Below the pieces are notes generated by a model. That model was not told where the DNA came from and searched no databases. It saw only the letters and a program-made list of their open reading frames with translations. From positions 186,001 through 250,000 of the forward strand of contig NW_021832432.1 of NCBI RefSeq assembly GCF_006345805.1: a DNA stretch of 64,000 nt. Reading direction: 5' to 3'. Source of the stretch: Octopus sinensis (Eukaryota). Positions within the stretch are counted from its first letter, which is position 1. Each line of letters starts with the position of its first letter. Shown here piece by piece: positions 40,136 to 51,427 of this stretch. The translations under genes and the position numbers were made by a program.

Positions 40136-40673
40136 ATCTATCTATCTATCTATCTATCTATTTATATATACACACACACAGAGTTTTTATTTATTTTTAT
40201 TTATGTATATATACATACATACACATAGGAATATATATCATTCAACCTCCTGTAAACTTACCAACAAATAAACTTATTGAGAAATTACTGAGAGACGACA
40301 TTCACATAGCAAACAATAGTCAAGCGTATGTTAACGTTAGCATTTAATGAAGAAGGGAACATTGAGAAGCTAATGAAAAATAATGAGACATTGAGAAGAC
40401 AATATTAGTCAATAACAATATTATTTTATTTATTTTGGCAAATATGGGAAATAACTCAAGACATGTTATTACACTGCCTCAGTAAAGCATAATCTTAATC
40501 AGTTTAAACTGAAAGGTTTTATTGTTTTGACAATTCACAGTTTAGAATTTGAGCCCTACCAATGTTAACTCGGTTTAACATTCCTTTTGAGATAACAAAA
40601 ATAAAAACAATTTAATATTGCATTTTGATAAGTTATGAAAATGTACATGTTGAAGTTGTTGTTTAGCTCTAAA

Positions 40674-40899
40674 TGAGCAAAAGGCCCCCCCCCCTCGTCC
40701 AATGGACGGTGCTGATGTACTTGTGTGTACAAACGCACGTTCCCACAGCTTTATTGATCGCATTCTCACCTGGAATTGACTTTTGTAATTTTTTCAAGAC
40801 TTATACATGCCCTGATACTGTCGGTGAGCACAATCGGATGGAGGATGCCCGATATCCTAGAAGACACACAGACAGACAGAATGGATTTTATATAATAGA
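40674..40899 (-). mobile_element. Internally deleted copy of the 33343-33712 Helitron-like element
   Basis: Same 5' end; perfect hairpin cgtccattggacg; ends CTCA|T. Confidence 0.7.
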
Positions 40900-40964
40900 T
40901 TAATCCTATCTTTGACCACAATGTTTATTTTTTTGTCTTCCTGTATCTTCCATTTCGTTTTTAA

Positions 40965-41185
40965 CCCTTTAGCTTTTAAATCACTCTATCAAATGTAATG
41001 CTTATTTATTTATATTGTTTGGAATTAATCATGCATTACCTTGTAACTTTGAGACTGCAATGATGGTGATTGTTCATTTTTAGAATAACATTATAGGGTA
41101 GGTATGAGAGGCTGGATCTGTACAGTTTGAACATAAAGCTGGTAGAATATTTTGGCTGGATATGACTGGTTTAGATGCTAAAGGG
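40965..41185. mobile_element. piggyBac-like MITE with a TTAA TSD
   Basis: ttaa|ccctttagc ... gctaaaggg|ttaa. A partial copy lies near 30775-30865. Confidence 0.8.
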
Positions 41186-41990
41186 TTAAGACAGAAGGTT
41201 GTAACTTGAAGATCTGGCAGCTTTATTGTATTCTCTTGAGCAACTTCATTGAGGTTCCCACAATGCTTGTTAAAATTCTGTTTTACTACGTCAGCTCTGA
41301 TTGAAGAGATTTATGATTGAAACCGTAGCAGTTGTGGCATCCAGTCTTTGTGTTTTTAGAACTAGATTTGTCTCTTGGTTTCTTAAGTGGTAGGTTATTA
41401 TTTAAAAATTAAGTTGGCAACAGTTTCTGACAAGCTAACAACTGCATAGAACTTCTTAGATGTCACGAAAAGATAAAACACTTAGATTTCTCAAGTTGTG
41501 ATGCATATTAGTACCAACATCACTAAGATATCGTGATCTGATGAGAACTTGTATGTTCAACATGATATGGTTGTAAACCAAGCTATGATTAAATCTTGTT
41601 TAGCTCCAGGTAAAGAAGATATAAAGTTTACTAGCAACATGATGAAGGGCAAACTAGCCATGACCATTCCATCTTTCAAGACATAATTCATCTCAGATTA
41701 CAGTACCCAATACCTAGCAGTGACTCCCCTGCCTTTTTTCAAGATTATAAAGATTACATTTTCTAGTATGTACTTTATTTAAGACAAGATATAATATGAG
41801 GAATATTTGGCTGCTATTTCTTTCAGGTCCAGCATTCACATAGACACTTCCACATTGGTTCATATTACATTTTGCTTGTGTATCACAAGTTTCTGTGACA
41901 CACAAGCAGGATCTATATCTATATGTGTGTGTGTGTGTGTATGTTTGTGTGTATGTCAGTCAGTCTTTGTATGTATGTGTGCATGCATTA

Positions 41991-42228
41991 CTCTTTTTAC
42001 TCTTTTACTTGTTTCAGTCATTTGACTGCGGCCATGCTAGAGCACCGTGTTTAGTCAAGCAAATCGACTCCAGAACTTATTCTTTGTAAGCCTAGTACTT
42101 ATTCTATCGGTCTCTTTTGCTGAACTGCTAAGTAACGGGGACGTAAACACACCAGCATCGGTTGTCAAGCGATGTTGGGGTGACAAACACAGACACGCAA
42201 ACAACATATACACACACATACATATATA

Positions 42229-42287
<59 letters not shown>

Positions 42288-42452
42288 TATATATGACAGG
42301 CTTCTTTCAGTTTCCGTCTACCAAATCCACTCACAAGGCTTTGGTCGGCCAGAGGCTATAGTAGAAGACACTTGCCCAAGGTGCCACACCATGGGACTGA
42401 ACCCATAACTATGTGCTTGGTAAGCAAGCTACTTACCACACAGCCACTCCTG
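41991..42452 (-). mobile_element. Family A SINE, full length, with an expanded internal (TA)n
   Basis: Near-consensus from tcttttacttgtttcagtc to cacacagccactcc. Confidence 0.9.
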
Positions 42453-43444
42453 TATGTATTGCTTTGTTTAAAAAAATCAAAGTTTTCTTCACTTTCTGCT
42501 TATTTGCCTGTTCTACTAAACTATTTTTTCGTATGTTGGTTATAAAATATGTATTTTAATTTTAGCTATGAATAGATTCAAGGCCATGTGTTTTGAGGTG
42601 AATACTCCTGTATTTGACTGAAATATTCCCGTAGTTGACTATTATTTGTTTGAACTACTACTGGATTGTCCACATGATTGCTTGACTACTTGCTAAAAGT
42701 AAAATGTCTCTCAAACAACACCTTGCATCAGATAACATAGTCTGGGGATAAGCTATTTCTGGAAAGTGGCTGGAATGATTTTGCTCCTAGGTCAGCTCCA
42801 GCAAGGCTGACTTGAGTGAGTGTGTGTGTGTGTGTTGTGTGTGTGTGTGTGTGTGTTTTTTTTAAACAACAAATGGTTCTTAATTTATCAATCCCAGGAA
42901 GATAAAAGTCAAGGTTGAGCTTCTTCTCAGAAAATAAATGAAAAGTAGAATAGTCACTCAACTTCTTACAAATAGCTCCAAATCCCTCCTATATCACATC
43001 CTACCATCTTACAAAAATAAAAATAAAAAGATGAAAGGTAAGGAAAGAAGACAAAGGTTAATGGAGTCCTAGATGCACTGTTTCTGGCGGCCTTGTCTTT
43101 TTGATCATTTGTTTGTTCAGTCTGGGCTGACCTAGGGTTAAATAACAGCATCAGCAAAAGAAGCAGACTAATGTAATATTTGAGATTTATGTAATATTGG
43201 AGACTAATTAATAGGACTAGCTTCTCATTATATTAATTAGACTGTAAGTTAGAGAAATGAAGCTTCATTTCACATGTAATTACAGTTTAATTTTAAAAAA
43301 TATAATGAATTTCTAATATGGTCACATGACCACACCACACCACTTGTGAGAGAATAGTTGATTAAGTTGACCCTAGTGCTTCACTGGATGTCTATGTATT
43401 GGTCCCAAAAGGTTGAAAGGTAAAGTCAATTGAGGCAGGATTTA

Positions 43445-43730
43445 AACAGCTCCCATGACTTTCGGAAACATTTTTTCACGCTCAGAGTTGCTGAAGCATG
43501 GAACAAACTGCCTGCGTCAGTTGTTGACTGCCAAGACACTGCATCCTTTAAGGCCCTCATGCTTTCCGAAATCCGCCGAAACTACACCTGATTGTTCCCC
43601 TTCCATACTCATACACATATGTGTATGTCATGACTCATGCACTGTTCTTTTCCTGACGCTTGCACATTACTCTATGCACTATACATACACTTTAGATGAG
43701 TTGTAGTGCACCTGAGCACTGTACACAATG

Positions 43731-43768
<38 letters not shown>

Positions 43769-43770
43769 AT
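43445..43770 (+). mobile_element. CR1/L2-group LINE 3' end with 3' UTR and an (ATT)n tail
   Basis: SSHDFRKHFFTLRVAEAWNKLPASVVDCQDTASFK...RRNYT* matches the typical R.FF..RV...WN.LP terminal motif. Confidence 0.85.
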
Positions 43771-44061
43771 AGAATGTAACTAAAACCCACGGGGTATTGT
43801 GTCTGCTGCTGTATGCATGCTACCAACCGCCACCAAATGTAGCAATTTACATATGGAAAACGGAAATGTAGAATAAACAGCATGTTCTATGATTTTTTCA
43901 TTTTATTCCTTGTGAACATTTATTCATTGTGATTACTTTGGGTTGGGGCCTTTTGGATAACAATAGACAGTTGATAACATTAAGCAGGAGGCAAAACAAT
44001 ATCTTAACCATTTGAAAGTATTAGCTATGATTTTAGTTAGTGGATTTCTCTGAATATATAT

Positions 44062-44375
44062 ATATATATATATGATGGTCTCTCCTGTTGTTAGATGGCG
44101 TATGAGGGTTCAACAGTTTCTTACTGAACAACCACGCTGATGATTTGTTTATAGTGATCAAAAGTTTGTGTAGACATAAGCCCACTCCCTTCATCAGATC
44201 GACATTACCCGTACAGGTGCAACAGATGCCACATGTCAGATGTTGAAATGATCGCAGAGCAACGTGAAATGAAGTGCTTTGCTCAAGAACACAATGCATT
44301 GTCCAGTCTGGGAATCGAACCCACGATCTTGCAATCGTGAGTGCAACACCTTGACCACTAAGCCATGTGTCTTCA
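44062..44375 (-). mobile_element. tRNA-headed CORE-like SINE
   Basis: Reverse complement has tggcttagtggtcaagg...gtgggttcgattccc...gtgttcttgagcaaagcactt. Confidence 0.8.
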
Positions 44376-45509
44376 CACACACACACACACACGTATATTG
44401 CTTTCCAAGTTCATGGTTTTCCGTTCAGTTTGACTGCATGGCATCTTGGATTGGTATCTTCTACTACTACAGCCTCCACCTAACCTGGACCTTACAAGTG
44501 GATTTGGTAGATAGAGACTTAAAAACTCATTATGTGGATACGTTTGTGTTTTCTTGTGTTGACACAATGATAATTGCAAATGGATGACATTTCATACAGG
44601 CAATGTCATACATTTCCAGTATTCTATGAAAATATGTCCAGCCAGAGGGAGACATATTGCTCGGAAACCGGTGAGTGTTGGTGTCTCAAAGGGAATTCAT
44701 CTGTAGAAAAACCTACCTCAATAAATTCCATCTGACCCATGCAAGCATGGAAAAGGTTGTTAATACACAGATAATAATAGCAATGATATATATTTAAAGA
44801 TGACAACTGTCACTCACAAGTGAGCACGACTTGGGAGTGTGTGCTTGGCTTTAGCTAATTGTTTTAGGTGCCTACGTAGTTGCACACAGACATAAACATT
44901 CCACCCCACCTCCCTTGGCATTCCCTCTCTTGACCTAGCAGAATATCCACCACGTGTCAGCATTCGGCTGATAATCATTTCAGTTGAGCAAACTGGAGCA
45001 GCATGAACTGAATCCCATTACTTAAGGATACAACTTATTGCCCACTCTAGTCGAAGAATCAAACCATGAGCTTAGGATTAGAAGCTCAACACTCAAACCA
45101 TTGGGGGTCACACAACATATATATATATATATATATATTAAAACAGTGATACCTCACTGTACAAATTTAATTTGTTCCAAGACTGGGCTCATGTTACAAT
45201 TGAAATTAACTAAAATATAATTAATCTGTTCCAGCCCCACAAAACCACTCGAAAATAATTTTTTGTGGGTTTTAAAACAGAAAAAGTGTAGCTGCAAGTA
45301 AAATGACAATTATCAAAAAAGAGGATGCAAAAGAAATATGTAAACTGGTTTTATTAACTGAATTACCTTAAAGATGGGACAATTTGTGTGCTTGTACTGT
45401 GGATTTCCGCTCATACTTCAAGACAAAAATTTGCATGAATCTTGGCCTGTACTGTAAATGACTCATACAATGGGGCAGTCGTACTGTGAGGTTCTACTGT
45501 GTATATATG

Positions 45510-45707
45510 TTTGGGTGGCACGTAAAAAGCACCCACTACACTCACGGAGTGGTTGGCGTTAGAAAGGGCATCCAGCTGTAGAAACACTGCCAGATCAGAC
45601 TGGGCCTGATGCAGCCTTCTGGCTTCACAGACTCCAGTTGAACCGTCCAACCCATGCTAGCATGGAAAGCGGACGCTAAATGATGATGATGATGATGATG
45701 ATGATGA
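45510..45707 (+). mobile_element. Family C element
   Basis: Near-consensus body with a (GAT)n tail. Confidence 0.85.
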
Positions 45708-45844
45708 TATATATATCCCTCCTTCTTCCCTTCTTTCCTGAGCGTCCAATAATTCTTTAATTGTTCCACGTCCTTGCGTTGTTGTGTTTTTTTTTTTTTT
45801 TTTTTTTTCTTGTTTGGATTAACTTATATATATATATATATATA

Positions 45845-46235
45845 CTAGCAGCATTGCCCAGCGTTGCTTGGATTTGTTTCGACCCTTTAGAATTGGAATT
45901 TTTGTAAAATAAAAATTTTGCATTATGTAGCTTGTTATTCTCTTTAAGTGAACATTTTTCTCGTTGAAATACACCATAAAATGGCGACACAGCAGTAAAA
46001 AGATCGTAAAAAGTAGGGATTTTCATAGAAAAAAAGCACCTTTTTGATGTAAATAATTTTTGGTGTTAACATGGTCTGATTTGAATTTTTTCTTCTACAG
46101 AAGGAAGAGCAAGCCTTCTTCTATCATACTCTCAATTTGGTCAACTTGCCCTGCAGGGTCTCAGAGGAGATAGTGTTAGTTGAAGGCTACCAAACCTGCT
46201 ATACACAGACAACTTCAGCTTTATATCTATAGAGA
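45845..46235 (-). mobile_element. Short non-autonomous Helitron, 391 bp
   Basis: A|TCTCTATAGATATAAAGCTG ... CTGCTAG|T in TA-rich flanks; shares its 3' body with 25187-26844. Confidence 0.8.
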
Positions 46236-46831
46236 TAGGTATATATTTATATATATAATTGCACAAATATAGGTAACCTAATAGAATTGTCAATTTGTCA
46301 ATATTTAATTGAATAATTTATGTAATTCCTAAACTACTTATGAATTATATGATAATGGTAAGTAAACAGCTGCAATTAAATGAATAGGCTACTGTTTATA
46401 GACTACAATAATAGCTTTATCTGTGGTAATTAGGAAAGCTCTAATAGCAAAATAGTAATACAAATAATAAAGCAATGGAATAAATTTTATGTGTTGAGAA
46501 GGAATAGAAGTCTAAACATTTTGGACATTGTCATTCTTCAGAAAAAGAATATAAGAAATACTCTCTTACTCTTTACTCTTTTACTTGTTTCAGTCATTTG
46601 ACTGTGGCCATGCTGGAGAACTGCCTTTAGTCGAACAAATCGACCCCAGAACTTATTCTTTGTAAGTCTAGTACTTATTCTATCATGAAATTGTTACATT
46701 ATACGGTGTGTTATGAGAAGATGTTAAAATTTAAAAGAATTTTAAATTTTAACATCTTCTCTTCTCCATTTTTTAACATACTTGTTGAGTTTCTATGGGA
46801 CACCTTTCCATAAATTCTCATAACACTCACA

Positions 46832-46876
<45 letters not shown>

Positions 46877-47069
46877 TGTTGTAATTTGCTTGAAGCATTG
46901 TATATTGTTTGTAAAGAATAAAAAGGTTCGAATAGTACAACAATGCACTATAATATAGACAATGGGCTATCCAAAATATCATATCAAACTATGGATGACT
47001 AAATTACAACAGGTAATTTAGTCATGCCTATATTATAGTGCATTGTTGTACCATTCAAAACTTTTTATT

Positions 47070-47122
<53 letters not shown>

Positions 47123-47929
47123 TCTATGTATCAAGGCCAGTTACTGTAGTATTTGTCCTGAGATAACATCTGTTTTGGACATTCTGTGTGTAAAACAATA
47201 TATATATATCAGCGTGAAAGAAAGAAAGACAAAAATTTGTTTCGGTAGCTGCCAGTGTGAATAGCAGATGCATTTCAGTTTTTTGGAGCCTTTTCAATGG
47301 CTTGTACCCACAGCTAGCTACATGTTTAGGTTAGAAATCATGTCTCTGATATAGAAAACATTGAATAAAACATTCACTGATATTGTGAGTAACTGCTTCA
47401 GTATACGCAGTTGAGACAATATTACGTTAAAATAGCCATCTGTGTATGATACTTAATGTATAAATATTGTTGATAGGCCAAATGCTATGATATATGTCCT
47501 GAGCGAATATCTGTGTGTGTTTATACATATATATTTTAAGAGAGAGAGGAAGAGCAAGTGAGAGCTGAAGGAATTTATGTATCAAGTAGAACATGATACA
47601 AATAAATGATAGAATTGGATCAGGATTTTGTGGGGTAAGATGTCAATGAGAATGGATGAGAGTTGATTGTGGATCAGGTCAAGTGAGGTGAGTGAAGTGA
47701 CAATGAAATGGTAAGGGGTGAACGGAGGGACGCACAAAAACACACGCACACACCAAAAATAAAACAAAATGGAAAGAGAAAGACAATGGTAAGGACGGCT
47801 AACAGAAGAAAGAAATCTGTAAGATTGATCAGATATGTTATTATTTAGCTCCAGGTCAAACAAGTAGGTTGTGATCACAGATATTCTAGCTGTGTCTTTT
47901 TAAGGGATATATGTTCATTCAATCGTCAC

Positions 47930-48217
47930 TCTTTTCAAGCCTTGCCAGGATCATGGGCCCGGTTTCTGTGGTGTATGTGTTCCCCCCAGCTGGATGGGAC
48001 ACCAGTTCATTACAGCGTTACTCAAGAAAGAGGAAGAGAGAGTGAGAGAAAGTTGTGGTGAAAGAGTACAACAGGGGTCGCCACCACCCCTGCCGTTGCC
48101 TTGTGGAGGTTTTTTAAGTGTTTTCACTCAATAAACAACGGCCGGTCTGGGAATCGAAACCACGATCCTCTGACCACAAGTTCACTGTCCTAACCACTGG
48201 GCCATTGCGCCTCCACA
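47930..48217 (-). mobile_element. tRNA-headed SINE
   Basis: Reverse complement has ggaggcgcaatggcccagtggttagg...gtggtttcgattccc; 3' part is related to 23439-23693. Confidence 0.75.
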
Positions 48218-48821
48218 ATTTTTAAGGGATATGTAGGACTACATTAACTTGTGTTTTTCTCTTTTTTCTTTGGTTTTTAAAACATGAGGGTGTGACTTGA
48301 ATGATATTTGGTTGTTATTTCTAGAAGATTGAATAACCATGTAGAGACTTCCTTTATCGTTTATGTAGACTTTAGCTGTTGACTATTTATAGTCACTGTT
48401 TACAGCCATTAGCTATTTGTCACTTTACAGCTGTCATGTAAAAAGACAAATCTTGTTACAATCCAGTATGTAGACACAGCCAACAGCTGTCACAGCCTGT
48501 TGCAGACAGCTACCTTGATGTTCACTATAAACTTTATGCAGACAGTATTTGCAGTTGTGAACTTCATTGTAGATACTGCCTGTTGCTTTTAACTTTTTAG
48601 GTACTACCCACAGCTTTAAGATAATATCATATCAACACTTAACACTTATGTTCTCTATCCTTACTGTCTTGACCAGGAATGTTCTTTACTTATTTCTCTA
48701 CATGTGATGCTGCTGGTTTCTTATTCTTCTGCTTGTGATGCTGTAAGTTTGTTATGCTTCAGAGTATGACTAGTGGACTGTATCCATGCCGACCTCATTA
48801 AACTAGTACTCTTAACATGTT

Positions 48822-48878
<57 letters not shown>

Positions 48879-48940
48879 TAAAAATGGTAAGATAACAAAA
48901 GAAAGAAAGAGACCTCAATATTATGTCAATAGAGGAAATT

Positions 48941-49142
48941 TATCTGCAAATTAATATGTTTCTATTATTCAATAGCCAAGATAAAACTCTGAGTTTCAGA
49001 TGCCGAAGTGGAAATCCACAACACCATCTCTTCAGATGGCCAGATAACCGAAGAGATGGTGTTGTGGATTTCCACTTCGGCATCCGAAACTCAGAGTTTT
49101 ATCTTGGCTATTGAATAATGGTAACATATTAATTTACAGATA
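48941..49142. repeat. Palindrome with 93-bp arms, 4 mismatches and a 16-nt spacer; probable Penelope-type inverted terminus
   Basis: Arms at 48941-49033 and 49050-49142, read directly; (TA)n runs on both sides. Confidence 0.9.
49042..49104 (+). ncRNA. Type I hammerhead-like motif with a variant core
   Basis: Stem I agataa/ttatct; CCGAAGA (U4C); stem II gatg/catc with one extra C; GAAA; stem III ctc-a-gag; UU at the cleavage position. Confidence 0.45.
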
Positions 49143-49218
49143 TATATATATATATATATATATACTTCATCATGGTCTTGTCTGTGATGGTTAAAACATA
49201 CTAAAAAAACCATATGTA

Positions 49219-49434
49219 CAACGGGGTGCTGAAAAGTTCCTGGTTTCAAGGTATCACAAAAGGCCTGGTTGGAGGCCCAACCATCTGAGTTCTTTTACAG
49301 GGCTTAGAAAAACTGAAGGACTACTGCAATAAGTGTGTGAATCTGAGAGTGGAATGTGTTCAATAAAATCGTAATTAACTGATCCTTCCATGTTTGCTTT
49401 TACCCAAAGTCAGGAACTTTTTAGTACTCTCTCA
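49219..49434 (+). mobile_element. Mariner-derived MITE with a TA TSD
   Basis: TIRs ggggtgctgaaaagttcc and ggaactttttagtactc. The interior encodes LQGLEKLKDYCNKCVNLRVECVQ*, like a mariner transposase C-terminus. Confidence 0.85.
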
Positions 49435-49832
49435 TACATATGCATGCATACACACACACACACACATACTGTAATTAACAAAATTGAAGAAAATGACAAA
49501 ACGAAGCGGTCAAATTTCAATAAGATAATATGCATGCACAGCACAATCTGTTTCTAGGGTTTGTCTGTTTATATTTCTATTTCCATATTAATATACATAA
49601 GTTCAGTTTCTGGGTTAATCAAACTATATGTAATCTGAGTGAAATGTAATGAAAGTGGTATCACAAACAGTCGACTGACTAATAAGGATATCCCTGGGTC
49701 TGCCTCCTCCATACATTCCCTTCACAATTGGAGATCAGCCACCCACTTAAACACACATACATGTATGTATATGTATTCTACACTACATATTTCCCTTATT
49801 AATAGGAAACACCTACATTATTAGCTACAATT

Positions 49833-50275
49833 AAGGTGGCGAGCTGGAAGAATCGCTAGCACTCTGGGTGAAATGCTTAGCAGTATTTCGTCTGTTTTTA
49901 CATTCTGAATTCAAGTTCCACCGAGATCGACTTTGCTTTTCATCCTTTCGAAGTTGATTAAATAAGTACCAGTTACACACTGGGGTCAATGTAATGGACT
50001 TAATCCCCCTCCCCACCAAGCTCCCCTTGTGGAAAAACTTTGAAATCATTATTAATTACAATTCTTTTCTACTCTCGGCACAAGGCCTAAAACTTGGGGG
50101 AGGGAGCCAGTCGATTAGATCGACCCCAGTATGCAACTAGTACTTAATTTATTGCCTCCGAAAGAATGAAAGGCAAAGTCAATCTCGGCAGAATTTGAAC
50201 TCAGAACGTAGCAACAGACGAAATACCGCTAAGCATTTCATCCGGCGTGCTGATGTTTCTGCCAGCTTACTACCC
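49833..50275. mobile_element. Tail-to-tail inverted pair of family B SINEs (about 49833-50045 plus, 50060-50275 minus)
   Basis: Both copies show the family B head and the Deu-like domain. Confidence 0.8.
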
Positions 50276-50436
50276 TTTTATTAACTACAATTATTATACT
50301 CCCAACTAGTTTTTTCCATTCCCAATGCTGCCGTTTTTTGACCACACTATGACGATATAGTTCTATATTCAAGAGACGAGGAATTATGTACATTATTTAC
50401 ATTTGACGGATATTTGTCTTCATCTTGTTTGTTGTT

Positions 50437-50482
50437 AACACAATGTTTCAGCTGATATACCCTCCAGCCTTCATCAGGTGTC
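50437..50482 (-). ncRNA. Minimal type I hammerhead ribozyme motif, left arm
   Basis: gacac CTGATGA a ggctg-loop-cagct GAAA catt gtgtt. Confidence 0.6.
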
Positions 50483-50514
50483 TTGGGGAAATTTTGAACC
50501 TGAGTATTTTTCGA

Positions 50515-50558
<44 letters not shown>

Positions 50559-50747
50559 TCACTGCCTGGAATCGAACTTGGAATCTTGGGGTTAGTAGTC
50601 CACGCTCTTAAGTGGTTAAGAGTGCGGGCTACTAACCCCAAGATTCCGAGTTCGATTCCAGGCAGTGACCTGAATAATAATAATAATAATAATAATAACA
50701 TCGAAAAATACCTTAGGAATGAGAACCCAGGTTCGAAAATTTTCCAA

Positions 50748-50793
50748 GACACCTGATGAAGGCTGGAGGGTATATCAGCTGAAATGTTGTGTT
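50748..50793 (+). ncRNA. Minimal type I hammerhead ribozyme motif, right arm
   Basis: gacac CTGATGA a ggctg-loop-cagct GAAA tgtt gtgtt. Stem I is gacac/gtgtt. Confidence 0.6.
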
Positions 50794-51129
50794 AATAACA
50801 AACAAGATGAAGACAAATATCCCTCAAATGTAAATAATGTACACTATGAGGATATTTTTATTTTTAAACTGAAACCAACAAAGTTTGTGCTAATTTAGCT
50901 GGATTCTTAGAATTGTAAGAAAGAAACTCAGTGAACAAAATTTTGGACTTCTTGCTTACAACTGTGCATTTGGATTCAATCCAGGTTTTTGATGAGAGTT
51001 CCGCTCCTGGTATTTACTGCATTTTAGTTTGTTTTAACAGAATATCCACATTGGGGATAAATATTACCTCTCAGTTTTTGATTAACTTTCTTGGTAAACC
51101 ACTTTATTCTACATTATCAGTCTTGGAAG

Positions 51130-51427
51130 GCATATGGCTTAGTGGTTAAGGGTTCTCGATTGTAAGGTCGTGAGTTTGATTCCCTGTGGCACATTGTATC
51201 CTTGAGCTAGACACTTTATTTTACATCGCTACAGTTCATTCAGCTGGCAAAAATGGGTAGTACCTGTATTTCAAAGAGCCAGCCCTGTCATATTCTGTGT
51301 CACGATGAATCTCCATGAGAACTACATTAAGGGTATGCATGTCTGTGGAACACTCAGCCACTTGCATGTTAATTTCATGAGCAGGCTGATTTGTTGATTG
51401 GATCAACTGGAATTCTTATTGTAACCA
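51130..51427 (+). mobile_element. tRNA-headed CORE-like SINE
   Basis: tggcttagtggttaaggg...gtgagtttgattcc...tatccttgagctagacactt. Confidence 0.75.

Larger units (their letters stand above)
50359..50840. mobile_element. Head-to-head dimer of a tRNA-head/(AAT)n/hammerhead retroelement with a 15-bp TSD
   Basis: Arms of about 230 bp meet at 50612-50615. acactatga(c/g)gatat occurs at 50344-50358 and 50841-50855. Confidence 0.85.

Noticed and set aside
50612-50670. tRNA-like sequence as a real tRNA gene (also the other SINE heads)
   Set aside because: No acceptor stem or complete cloverleaf, and it runs straight into repeat bodies.
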